This document shows, one piece after another, positions 46,965-55,176 of a stretch of 64,000 bases of DNA (the stretch's first letter is position 1; each line of letters opens with the position of its first letter). The position numbers and the translations under genes are program-made. The notes beneath the pieces were generated by a model. That model was given only the letters and a program-made list of their open reading frames with translations. It did no database searches and had not been told where the DNA came from. Source of the stretch: Gammaproteobacteria bacterium (GTDB taxonomy: Bacteria; Pseudomonadota; Gammaproteobacteria; Pseudomonadales; Azotimanducaceae); NCBI GenBank assembly GCA_009846005.1, contig VXYL01000070.1, forward strand, positions 277,699 to 341,698. Reading direction: 5' to 3'.

Positions 46965-49318
46965 TCCACGGTCGTCTCGTAGCGAACGCCATCCGGCACC
47001 GGGACGGGTTGGCGTACCGTCACGCCGTGGTCGTCGACGGTCTTCTGCGACGAATCCACTGCGACGAAAGACGTGTAGTTCGACACCAACTGGTAGCGCA
47101 GCGCGGTGTTGCGGATGGCGTCGCCAAGCTCGCCGTAGGGATCGCCAACCCAGGTCTGGCGGTTGGCCAGATCGGCGATGCGCAGCCGGGCCCACACCTT
47201 GGCGATGGATGAACCGGCGTTGCCTTGCCTGCCGTCCTCGATCATGAGTGTACGTCGTTCGCCGCCGGCGGCGCCGCGCACCCGAACGGTCTTCGGATCT
47301 CCGGTAAACTTGCCGGTGACAACAAGCGGCCGCCCGACGAACAGATCGGGCAGCTTCGGCGGATAGACGTCCGTCACCGCCATGCCACCCCAATCGACAT
47401 CCACGTCGGTAAGCGCCGGACGGCTGACGCGCGCAAAGAAATCGTCCATGACGTCCCGGGCCGAATCGTTCAGGCCGATATAGGCGACCACGCCGCGCCC
47501 CGCGTCCGCCATGCGTTCCATCAGGTAGCGGTTCACCGAGTTGCCGATGCCGAAACTGAAGATTCGCGATGCGCCGATGCGGCCGAGCACGGCAGCGAGG
47601 ATATCCCGTTCATTGCCGATGTAGCCGTCGGTCATGAACGTCACGAACCGGAACCGCGACGGGTCGTGCGGGAAGTTGAGCGCCGCATTGACACCGTTGA
47701 TCATCTCCGTTCCGCCGTTTGCGCGGAGCGCAGACACGTAGTGGCGCGCCTTGGTCAGGTTTCGCTCGGTCGCCCGCACGGGCTTCGTCCCGAACTGGCT
47801 CGCGGCGTCGGAAAACCGGATGACCTGGAAGGTATCGGCAGGACCGAGTCGATCCAACGCAACCATAACCGCGTCCTTGGCCTGCCGTAGCGGTTGTCCC
47901 TGCATCGAGCCCGAACAGTCGATGACGAAGACCATCTCCATGGCCTGGCGGGGAACCAGCGTCGAGTTACTGGGCGGGATGACCATCAGCGTGAAATGGC
48001 CGTCGCCCGTTGCGGGATCCCGGTGCGTCAACAGGTTCGATTTCAGTCGTTCACCGGCGACCCGGAAATCGAGTACGAAGTCCCGGTTGGGTATGGTGGA
48101 CTCGTTCTTGAGCTTGACCGCGGCCGTGCGTTCGTTGCCGCGCGATACGTCGACGGCATGGGACGCTTTCACCTCCTCGATTTCGACGCCGGCGTCGACG
48201 CGTACGTTGATGCTGATGTCATGCCCGGAGCGCTCTTCGGGACGCAGGTACTCCACCGCCGTGCGGGTTGCGCTCGCGCCGTCGCCGCGGGGCACGGCAT
48301 CGATCGGATCGGGGTATCCGGGTGGGTTGTAGCGTGGACCAACCACGGTCGGGAACACGAACGAGTACCAACCGTCTCGGTAGGCCAGGGTGTGAAAGTA
48401 GGTGATGTCGATGTCGATGGCCTTGCCGGGCTCGATGTTGGCAACCTTCTGTTCGAAGATGTTGGGTCGGCGCTGGACGAGCAGGCTGGCCTTGTAGCCC
48501 TGCCGGCGGGCCTCCTTGTAGATGGCCTCAGCCTCCTTCTTTTCGCGCAGGATGCCCCGGATCGTGCGGTCGCCGATAACCATCAGGAACTCGCTGACCG
48601 CGGCCTTTTCGGGCAGCGGGAACACGTACACGGCCTCGATTTTGGTGTCGTAGGGGTTCTCGTAGGCCTGTTTGACGTTGACGGTGCCGATGTAGCCGCT
48701 CACGGCGGCATCGACAGCGGTGTGCTTCAAGGGCAGCGGTATGTAGCGGATGCGATCCGGCTTGCCCGGGGAGGGAAAGCCCACCAACATCGCCCCGGAA
48801 CCCGGCGCCTGTCGCATGTCCACGGCTATGCTGCCCGCTTCCGGACGAGACGGCGATGGTCGCGCGCCCTCGAACCTCAGTTCGGTGTCCTGCGGCGGCT
48901 GTCCTAGCCTCCGCAGACTTCGCGCCCGCACGACTACCCGTTCCGTCCTGGCATCGCTGGTATGGCCAACCGCTTTTTCCAACGCGGTTCGGCCCTCGGC
49001 CTGGTCTTCGAACTCGCCCGGGCTCGGCAGATCGAAGTTGTCCCTGCGAATGAACGAGCCGGTGACGAGGACGTCCTCGACTTGCTCGGCAACGGCAGCG
49101 TCGGGAGCCGGTTTGGCGATGATCCAAAGTTCCGGTTCCAACGCCGCAGGGCTGGCCTTCGCTGGCGGGCTCGGTAGGGGTGCGGGAACTGCTGCGGGTG
49201 ATGCTGGCTCGGGCTGCGCGATGTCGGTCGAACTGCACGAAACGACCGCGACCGACGCCGCGAACACCAGACCTGCGGCCCAGACACCGAGCGACGTGTT
49301 GAGAAGGGGACGTTTCAT
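46961..49318 (-). CDS. VIT + von Willebrand factor A domain lipoprotein
   Basis: The signal/lipobox is MKRPLLNTSLGVWAAGLVFAASVAVVSC. The VIT domain reads LKHTAVDAAVSGYIGTVNVKQAYENP...VYVFPLPEKAAVSEF. The vWA MIDAS motif is VFVIDCSGSM. The track ORF (to 49789) has a spurious Arg-rich extension. Confidence 0.85.
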   Translation of the reverse strand: MKRPLLNTSLGVWAAGLVFAASVAVVSCSSTDIAQPEPASPAAVPAPLPSPPAKASPAALEPELWIIAKPAPDAAVAEQVEDVLVTGSFIRRDNFDLPSPGEFEDQAEGRTALEKAVGHTSDARTERVVVRARSLRRLGQPPQDTELRFEGARPSPSRPEAGSIAVDMRQAPGSGAMLVGFPSPGKPDRIRYIPLPLKHTAVDAAVSGYIGTVNVKQAYENPYDTKIEAVYVFPLPEKAAVSEFLMVIGDRTIRGILREKKEAEAIYKEARRQGYKASLLVQRRPNIFEQKVANIEPGKAIDIDITYFHTLAYRDGWYSFVFPTVVGPRYNPPGYPDPIDAVPRGDGASATRTAVEYLRPEERSGHDISINVRVDAGVEIEEVKASHAVDVSRGNERTAAVKLKNESTIPNRDFVLDFRVAGERLKSNLLTHRDPATGDGHFTLMVIPPSNSTLVPRQAMEMVFVIDCSGSMQGQPLRQAKDAVMVALDRLGPADTFQVIRFSDAASQFGTKPVRATERNLTKARHYVSALRANGGTEMINGVNAALNFPHDPSRFRFVTFMTDGYIGNERDILAAVLGRIGASRIFSFGIGNSVNRYLMERMADAGRGVVAYIGLNDSARDVMDDFFARVSRPALTDVDVDWGGMAVTDVYPPKLPDLFVGRPLVVTGKFTGDPKTVRVRGAAGGERRTLMIEDGRQGNAGSSIAKVWARLRIADLANRQTWVGDPYGELGDAIRNTALRYQLVSNYTSFVAVDSSQKTVDDHGVTVRQPVPVPDGVRYETTVE

Positions 49319-49773
49319 GATGATTCTCTCGTTTGCGTTTCTTCCAAGCTGACTGATGCGGCTTCGATGGTCCGGCCGTCCGCAGTGTTGGCCGCCACCA
49401 GTTCGAGCTCGAGATCGGCATCGCCTTCGATCATCAGATGAAGCGTGGCGACGCGAATGCGGCCGGATGGCAACGCGCTCTCCTCGGCAAGGGAATAGTC
49501 GGCGACGATGATGCGATCCGCTTCGCCCCGGTTGACCGCCTCGCGGTCGTAGTAGGGTGCCCGCCCGAACACGTCGCTGCCGCCGTTCTCGACACCCACG
49601 ACGGTCATCCCGGCGTTGCGGTCCTTCAATTCGAACTGCCATGCCGCCACGGGTTCGGGGCTGTCGAGGAAGACGTCGACCGGCACAAACCGTATTTTGG
49701 CCTCGCCGACCGCGACGACCGAGACGAAACCCGCGACCGCGACGGCAAGCACCCGCCAACCAATCCCCGTCAT
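49315..49773 (-). CDS. secreted hypothetical protein, cohesin-like beta-sandwich pattern
   Basis: It has an N-terminal TM/signal segment (WRVLAVAVAGFVSVVAV), then AAWQFELKDRNAGMTVVGVENG...GRIRVATLHLMIEG, reminiscent of cohesin modules (by eye). It has 4-nt overlaps with both neighbours. Confidence 0.45.
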   Translation of the reverse strand: MTGIGWRVLAVAVAGFVSVVAVGEAKIRFVPVDVFLDSPEPVAAWQFELKDRNAGMTVVGVENGGSDVFGRAPYYDREAVNRGEADRIIVADYSLAEESALPSGRIRVATLHLMIEGDADLELELVAANTADGRTIEAASVSLEETQTRESS

Positions 49774-50168
49774 CGCCTGCCTCCGGCATTCAGGGCGACC
49801 ACGCGCATGGCAAAGGCATCAAGATCCGCTTGCGCGACGCCGGCTCGTTCGGCGCGTGCGAGCGCGAGCACGTCGGCGATGTCGACTCGTCCGGAACCGT
49901 CCACGTCCGCGTAGAGCACGTCGGCGTCGCCGGATGGCGGACCGGTCATCTGCACCGCCAGCACCGCGACCAGCGCAACCGAAGCGGCCAATGCCCAACC
50001 GCCGTGCCGTTTCCATGTCCCTCGGCGCGAACCGAAATGCCTGGCCGCCATGTCCGCGAGCGCCCGGTCGACCTTCGCGGTAATGACAGGGGGCGCCGCG
50101 TCGGCGGCCTTCAGCGCTCGGATCAAGCCTTCGGGAAGTTCCTCGCTATTGACGTTCTGATCGGGCAC
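49770..50168 (-). CDS. anti-sigma-factor-like single-pass membrane protein with a dockerin/EF-hand-like repeat
   Basis: It lies directly downstream of the ECF sigma gene. The TM helix is GGWALAASVALVAVLAV. The extracytoplasmic DVDGSGRVDIADVLALA matches the dockerin Ca-binding repeat pattern. Confidence 0.5.
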   Translation of the reverse strand: MPDQNVNSEELPEGLIRALKAADAAPPVITAKVDRALADMAARHFGSRRGTWKRHGGWALAASVALVAVLAVQMTGPPSGDADVLYADVDGSGRVDIADVLALARAERAGVAQADLDAFAMRVVALNAGGRR

Positions 50169-50213
50169 GTTCCTCTCTCCTTGGTCGTTTAGCGCGCCAG
50201 CGGCGCAAAAGGT

Positions 50214-50786
50214 TCAATCGTCGTTGAAATTCTTGGCGAACTCCGACGCCTTGAGCCTTGCGATGCCGAGATGCAGGCGCGATTTGACGGTCCCAAGCGC
50301 GATGTCGAGCACCGCCGCGATCTCCTGCAGCGACAGATCGTCCACGAACCGCAGCTCGAGCACCTCGCGCTGGCCCGTTGGCAGCACTGCGAGCACACGC
50401 CGAATGTCGCGGCTGTCGACGAGGTCCGGCCCTGGGAGGTCGTCCGGCCCGACATCCTCCGCTGTCGGGAAGCGACCCGATTTCCGCAACGCGGTGATCG
50501 CGTTGTTCTTGGCGACGGGGTAAAGAAAGGTGGTGAGCTTCGCGGTGAGCTCGACACCCTCACCGGTCGGGGGAAACCGGCGGAGCAGGTACGCGAACGT
50601 CTCTTGAAGCACATCGAGCGCGGTGTCCGTATCGGGCACGAAGCGCAGCGCGACACGCAAGACGTAGTCTCTGTGTCGACGGTAGAGCGCCTCGAAAGCG
50701 TCCGCCGCCTCGGCGGCATCACCGCTGTTGCACACCGCCACCAGTGCTTCGTCGCTGCGCGGGTCCTGGCGGCGAAGGCGGGCCAT
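50214..50786 (-). CDS. ECF-type sigma-70 family RNA polymerase sigma factor
   Basis: Region 2 reads YRRHRDYVLRVALRFVPDTDTALDVLQETF. Region 4 reads REVLELRFVDDLSLQEIAAVLDIALGTVKSRL. The start was trimmed to the ATG at 50786 to avoid overlapping the upstream PhyH gene. Confidence 0.85.
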   Translation of the reverse strand: MARLRRQDPRSDEALVAVCNSGDAAEAADAFEALYRRHRDYVLRVALRFVPDTDTALDVLQETFAYLLRRFPPTGEGVELTAKLTTFLYPVAKNNAITALRKSGRFPTAEDVGPDDLPGPDLVDSRDIRRVLAVLPTGQREVLELRFVDDLSLQEIAAVLDIALGTVKSRLHLGIARLKASEFAKNFNDD

Positions 50787-50802
50787 TGTCAGGACGGCGA
50801 CG

Positions 50803-51579
50803 TCATCCCGAGGATGCGCATCGCGCCATCTCCGCCTCAAACGAGATCGCTTCGCCGTACTCCCGCTCACCGCCGGTGGCGCCCGCTCCCGTCACGTGGA
50901 CATGCTGCCAGCGTTCGCCGGCACGCATCGTCTCGCCGGCGTAGTCCAGGTTCACAAAGTGAACGCCCACGCCGGCGCGGCCCCTCGGCGTTGGGTTCGA
51001 CCCGGTGGCGTGGGGCGTACCGAAGCAGAAGAACACCACGCCGCCCGCCTCGAGTTCGCAGTGAACGGCCCTAGATTCGTCCAGGTAGGTACGAATGTGA
51101 TGGTCGCTGTCGGGGTCGCGTTCGTGCAGGAGTTCGCGCTCGTAGACGCCGGGGATCACCTTGAGCGTGCCGTTCTCCCTGGTCGCGTCGTCGATGGCGA
51201 TCCACATGGCGCAGCCGCGTATCGGTTGGGGAATGCGGAAGTAGGCGTTGTCGGTGTGCCAGTTCGTGCCCATGCCGTCCCCGGCCGGCTTGTAGAACAT
51301 CTGATCGAGGATCTTGACTACCGGGTCGCCGAGCAACGCGGATACCGCCTGCACCACATCGGGATGGAACGGCAAGGCCCGGAAAAGGCGGCTGTGCGGC
51401 CACAACGGTATGAGCTGTAGGTTTCGCTTTGCATCCGCGATCGACACGTCGCGGGGCAGGCCCGCCGTCACCCAACGGTCCACTTCCTGCTTCAAAGCCG
51501 CCGCTTGTGCCGGTGCGAAGAAGCCGGGAACGGTGGTATAACCCGCGTCTTTGTACTGGCTAACGTGGTCGGGAGTCAT
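50803..51579 (-). CDS. phytanoyl-CoA dioxygenase (PhyH) family Fe(II)/2OG oxygenase
   Basis: The N-terminus is MTPDHVSQYKDAGYTTVPGFF, NWHTDNAYF carries the HxD motif, and FGTPHATGSN carries the distal His. The track extension was trimmed. Confidence 0.8.
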   Translation of the reverse strand: MTPDHVSQYKDAGYTTVPGFFAPAQAAALKQEVDRWVTAGLPRDVSIADAKRNLQLIPLWPHSRLFRALPFHPDVVQAVSALLGDPVVKILDQMFYKPAGDGMGTNWHTDNAYFRIPQPIRGCAMWIAIDDATRENGTLKVIPGVYERELLHERDPDSDHHIRTYLDESRAVHCELEAGGVVFFCFGTPHATGSNPTPRGRAGVGVHFVNLDYAGETMRAGERWQHVHVTGAGATGGEREYGEAISFEAEMARCASSG

Positions 51580-51636
51580 CGTTCGCTCGGTGTAGAGACG
51601 CGAGGGAGCATAGACCGAACGCTTGAGGGGGGCATC

Positions 51637-52536
51637 ATGAGCGAGTTCGAGAACAGCGAGTTCCAAGGCAAGGTGGCCGCAGTGACGGGCGCAGGAGGCG
51701 GCATCGGTCGCTGTCACGCCATCGAATTCGCAAAGCGCGGCGCAAAAGTCGTCGTCAACGACCTAGGCGGTTCCGTCGACGGCACCGGGGCCGGTGACGC
51801 TGCCGATGCCGTCGTCGCGGAGATACGGGAATTGGGGGGCGATGCCGTCGCCAACAAGGCTTCGGTTGCCGACCGGGACGGTGCCAAGACCATCGTTGAC
51901 GACGCCGTCGAGCGTTTCGGTCGCATCGACATCCTGGTGAACAACGCCGGCATCCTGCGCGACCGTACGTTCAAGAACATGACCCTGGATGAATTCGACC
52001 TGGTCATGCAGGTTCACCTCACCGGCACCGCCTACGTCACACACGCCGCCTGGCCGCACATGTACGAACAGAACTACGGTCGCATCGTCTTCACGAGCTC
52101 CGGCTCCGGCATCTTCGGCAACTTCGGCCAATCCAACTACGGCGCGGCCAAGATGGGCATGCTGGGGCTCGCCAACGTCCTCGCCCTCGAGGGGGCAAAC
52201 CACAACGTCCGGGTCAACGTGCTCGGTCCAGGGGCCGCGACGCGAATGACCAACACCGTCCCGGGACGCGACGAGGACATTGGCGACCCGGATCCCATGC
52301 GGCACCCGGCCCTGGTGAGTCCCGCCGTGTTGTTCATGTGCAGCGAGGACGCCCCCAACGGCGCGGTCATCCACGCCTCCGGCGGCAACTACAGCAAGAG
52401 CGAGGTCTGGGTCAACGACCCGGTGCAGCTCGGTGCCGGTGCCACCTACGAGGATCTACTGCCGCACGCCGACAAGCTGATGGATATGTCGAACGCGCAT
52501 CCGCGTGCACCCCGCACACCGCGCCGCAGATCGTAG
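51637..52536 (+). CDS. SDR-family oxidoreductase (MFE-2 / 3-hydroxyacyl-CoA dehydrogenase-like)
   Basis: VTGAGGGIGRCHAIEFAKRGAKVVVNDLGGSVDGTG is characteristic of the MFE-2-type SDR N-terminus. NNAG and YGAAKMG (YxxxK) are also present. Confidence 0.8.
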   Translation: MSEFENSEFQGKVAAVTGAGGGIGRCHAIEFAKRGAKVVVNDLGGSVDGTGAGDAADAVVAEIRELGGDAVANKASVADRDGAKTIVDDAVERFGRIDILVNNAGILRDRTFKNMTLDEFDLVMQVHLTGTAYVTHAAWPHMYEQNYGRIVFTSSGSGIFGNFGQSNYGAAKMGMLGLANVLALEGANHNVRVNVLGPGAATRMTNTVPGRDEDIGDPDPMRHPALVSPAVLFMCSEDAPNGAVIHASGGNYSKSEVWVNDPVQLGAGATYEDLLPHADKLMDMSNAHPRAPRTPRRRS

Positions 52537-52548
52537 GGGCAAGGCTAT

Positions 52549-52565
52549 CGCGCCGGTAGGGCGCG
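52549..52565. terminator. GC-only hairpin between convergent genes (possible bidirectional terminator)
   Basis: CGCGCC-ggtag-GGCGCG forms a 6-bp stem. There is no clear U-tract. Confidence 0.2.
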
Positions 52566-52599
52566 CCCTCGCCCGCATTGATACAAAGAAGACACCTCG

Positions 52600-53355
52600 T
52601 TAGCGCTGCGTTGCGGCAGGGTCGCCGCGCACCGACTTCAACCGAGCAAGCAGCACCGGCCACTCTTCCTCCACAGGCACACCACGCTCCTCGGCAAGCT
52701 GAATGGCGGACCCGAGACTCGCGATGCCGCCTTCCAAGTCGTTGAGCTCGACCTGGATTCGGGACAGGAAGAGGTAGTCCTTCGGGCCTGTATCCGGGGC
52801 GGTGCCGATCCACGTTTGCATCGAGGACAGCGCGCGCCGGAACCACCGCTGGGCGTCTTCATCCCAAAGTTGCCGCTCGCCCTGTCCATAGTAGAGCCGG
52901 GCAAGCTGACGATGCGCCGCCAAGCCCATCGACGCCGGAGTCGCAGGTATGTTGAGCAGGCGTTCGTAGTGCCGGATGGCCTTCTCGGGTTGACCGGCTT
53001 GACTGTAGGCAAACGCCAGCGTGCTTTGCACGTGGGCGAAATCCCGGGCGCTCCTAGCCACGCGCAGGCTCTCTAGCAGCGCCGCGCCCTCCTTGTACTC
53101 GCCCTTCTCGATGAGTTCGTCGACGCGGCGCAGTTTCCTGCGCAGCGTTCGCTCGCGCTGCTCTTCGGGCGTCAGTGATTTGTACGTCCGCGCGTCTGGC
53201 ACGGTTTCGCCGACGCCGGGTCGCAAATACCTCTGGTCGTACTCCTGCAGTCCGTCGTCGCCCCTCGTTTGCCGCCCCTGACAAAGACCCGGTTCCGCCA
53301 GGACGCCGGCAAACAGGACGACCCCGCTAACAATACAGGTCACTCGGGCACTCAT
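52600..53355 (-). CDS. secreted TPR-repeat protein
   Basis: It has a signal-like N-terminus (VTCIVSGVVLFAGVLA) and TPR-like helical repeats (AYSQAGQPEKAIRHYERLL, LARLYYGQGE). It is the last gene of the BlaI/BlaR1/TonB string. Confidence 0.6.
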   Translation of the reverse strand: MSARVTCIVSGVVLFAGVLAEPGLCQGRQTRGDDGLQEYDQRYLRPGVGETVPDARTYKSLTPEEQRERTLRRKLRRVDELIEKGEYKEGAALLESLRVARSARDFAHVQSTLAFAYSQAGQPEKAIRHYERLLNIPATPASMGLAAHRQLARLYYGQGERQLWDEDAQRWFRRALSSMQTWIGTAPDTGPKDYLFLSRIQVELNDLEGGIASLGSAIQLAEERGVPVEEEWPVLLARLKSVRGDPAATQR

Positions 53356-53515
53356 CGCGAAATCTCCCCATTCCGCGGCGCTGACGTGCCAACGGTATCA
53401 CAGAGCCAAGCGCTGGCATCGACGGCCGCCCGTGTTCGTTCCAAGAAGGTCTCGCGGTCGGCACGGGCGGCCACAAGGGCCGCCCCTACGGCGCCGTGCC
53501 GGCGGCGGAGCCTTG

Positions 53516-54217
53516 CTAGTCCTCCATCTCGAACACAACGCGGGTGCGCACGCCGGAGACCGCCACGGGTTTCCCATCCGTCACCTTCGGCTTGTATTTG
53601 AACTTCAAAACGGCGCTCACCGCGGCACGTTCGAAGAACCCGGGCGGGTCGGCGACGAGCACCACCGGATTGCGCACCGCCCCCGTTTCGGTGACCACGA
53701 ACTCCACCAGGACGTAGCCCTCGATGCCCCTCGTGAGTGCTCTGCGCGGGTAGATCGGCTGCACCCGAACGATAGGCAGGTAGGTGCCATCGTCGATGTA
53801 GGTATGGAGGCCCTGCTGGGGTTCCGGCGTCGGTTCCGGTACCTCCCAGATGCCAATGGTGTGGCCGTCAGGGTCCGGGTCGATTGGGGGCAACGGCGGC
53901 GGCGGTTCGTCAGGCGGCCGCGGCGGTTCCGGTCTGGGTGGGTCGAGGACGATCTCGCGTTCCTCCACCAAGCGGACGAAGTCGATCACCTCGCCTGTCA
54001 CACCGGCGTCTTCGGCTGGCATCGGGTCGGCGATAACCGAACGCATCAACATCAACAGTCCGATGGTCGAGGCGGTGCCTAGCAACATGGCGGATGTGTA
54101 ACGAAGCAGCATCTTGAACTCTCCTGTCGGGTTTCGGCTAGCAGCGACGTCTTCACGCTGCCCAAAGATGCGGCCCATCAAGTCGTTGGCGGCGGCCTTC
54201 ATTGTTGGCATTGTCAA
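53516..54217 (-). CDS. tonB: energy transducer TonB-family protein
   Basis: It has an N-terminal TM helix (AMLLGTASTIGLLMLM), a Pro-rich spacer (PPRPEPPRPPDEPPPPLPPIDPDPD) and a TonB_C domain (VRVQPIYPRRALTRGIEGYVLVEFVVTETGAVRNPVV..FKYKPK). Confidence 0.85.
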   Translation of the reverse strand: MTMPTMKAAANDLMGRIFGQREDVAASRNPTGEFKMLLRYTSAMLLGTASTIGLLMLMRSVIADPMPAEDAGVTGEVIDFVRLVEEREIVLDPPRPEPPRPPDEPPPPLPPIDPDPDGHTIGIWEVPEPTPEPQQGLHTYIDDGTYLPIVRVQPIYPRRALTRGIEGYVLVEFVVTETGAVRNPVVLVADPPGFFERAAVSAVLKFKYKPKVTDGKPVAVSGVRTRVVFEMED

Positions 54218-54386
54218 AAAAAGCTGGCGCCCCGGGGTCCGAAGACCACCGGAGCACCAGCCAGGCCGCTCGGTTGTCCGCGCAGAACACGCGGTAGGGA
54301 AAGCGCTCTACGGGTGCTGGCACATACGAAACCGTACGGCGGCTGGAGGGCCGTCGGGTACGCAATTCGGCTCCTCGTGAAGGAAC

Positions 54387-55139
54387 TCATTCGTCGGAAA
54401 TCTCGAAGGCCACGCGATTGCGCACGCCAGCGGTTGCAACCGCCTTGCCGTCGACGGTCCGGGGCTTGTACTTGAACTTCGCCACGGCCTTGAGGGCGGC
54501 TTGCTCGAACACGCCGCTCGGTTGCGCCTCCAACACCACGGCGTCGCGGACGGCGCCCGTCTCGGTCACCACGAACTCGAGTAGGACGTGACCCTCGATC
54601 CCCTCCTTGATGGCGTGGCCGGGGTAGACCGGCGCCACCTTCACGATCGGAAGTCCGATGTCGCCCACGGCTTCCTTGTGCCGTTTTTCTTGCGTCTCGG
54701 AGGACGGTTCCTCGGCATCGGATATCGCGAAGGCGATGCGATTGCGCACGCCAGCGGTTGCAACCGGTTCGCCGTCGACGATCCGGGGTTTGTATTTGAA
54801 CTTCAACGCGGCCTTGATGGCGGCTCGTTCGAACACGCCGCTCGGTTTCGCCTCCAAGACCGCGACATCGCGGACAGCGCCGGTTTCCGTCACCACGAAC
54901 TCGAGCAGGACGTGACCCTCGATCCCCTCTTTGATGGCACGGTCGGGATAGACCGGCGCCACCTTGACGATCGGAAGGCCGATGTCACCCTGGACGTGCG
55001 GCCGCGATTTAGCCTTGGTCTCCGAGGACAGTCTCTCGTCTCCGTGGTTTTCGCTGGCTGGCGGCACCGCGCCAATCGACAGTGCCGTCATCAACAGCGC
55101 GATCGCGGCGAGTGGTTTCGGATCGATGCGTCGGGACAT
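54387..55139 (-). CDS. periplasmic protein with two tandem TonB C-terminal domains
   Basis: The signal peptide is MSRRIDPKPLAAIALLMTALSIGA. It is followed by two near-identical units, DIGLPIVKVAPVYP..AIKEGIEGHVLLEFVVTETGAVRD..LKFKYKPR. There is no Pro-rich spacer and no TM anchor of the TonB type. Confidence 0.8.
   Translation of the reverse strand: MSRRIDPKPLAAIALLMTALSIGAVPPASENHGDERLSSETKAKSRPHVQGDIGLPIVKVAPVYPDRAIKEGIEGHVLLEFVVTETGAVRDVAVLEAKPSGVFERAAIKAALKFKYKPRIVDGEPVATAGVRNRIAFAISDAEEPSSETQEKRHKEAVGDIGLPIVKVAPVYPGHAIKEGIEGHVLLEFVVTETGAVRDAVVLEAQPSGVFEQAALKAVAKFKYKPRTVDGKAVATAGVRNRVAFEISDE
54400..54992. repeat. tandem direct duplication, period 324 bp (two TonB_C-coding units, roughly 85% identical by eye)
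   Basis: GCGATTGCGCACGCCAGCGGTTGCAACC occurs at 54414 and again at 54738. The flanking ~270 bp align colinearly. A more diverged third copy lies at about 55180-55450, at the 3' end of the BlaR1-like gene. Confidence 0.8.
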
Positions 55140-55176
55140 TGGCTTCTCCTTGGGCTTCTCTCGCAACGGGGGTGTC

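Noticed and set aside
46961-49318. VIT-vWA protein as a marine proteobacterial sortase target
   Set aside because: That family carries a C-terminal LPXTG-like sorting signal plus a TM tail. This protein ends in ...PDGVRYETTVE with no such signal, and no sortase gene is nearby.
46961-49789. Long N-terminal extensions in the track. Examples are the VIT-vWA ORF to 49789, aceE to 60180, and the track ORFs 28032..29252, 4814..5527, 33726..34784, 37197..38306, 39310..40839, 29160..30143, 51505..52536 and 50803..51717.
   Set aside because: The extensions are Arg-rich and overlap neighbouring genes. They precede obvious signal peptides, lipoboxes or conserved N-termini, and internal starts coincide with ATGA overlaps or Shine-Dalgarno sequences.
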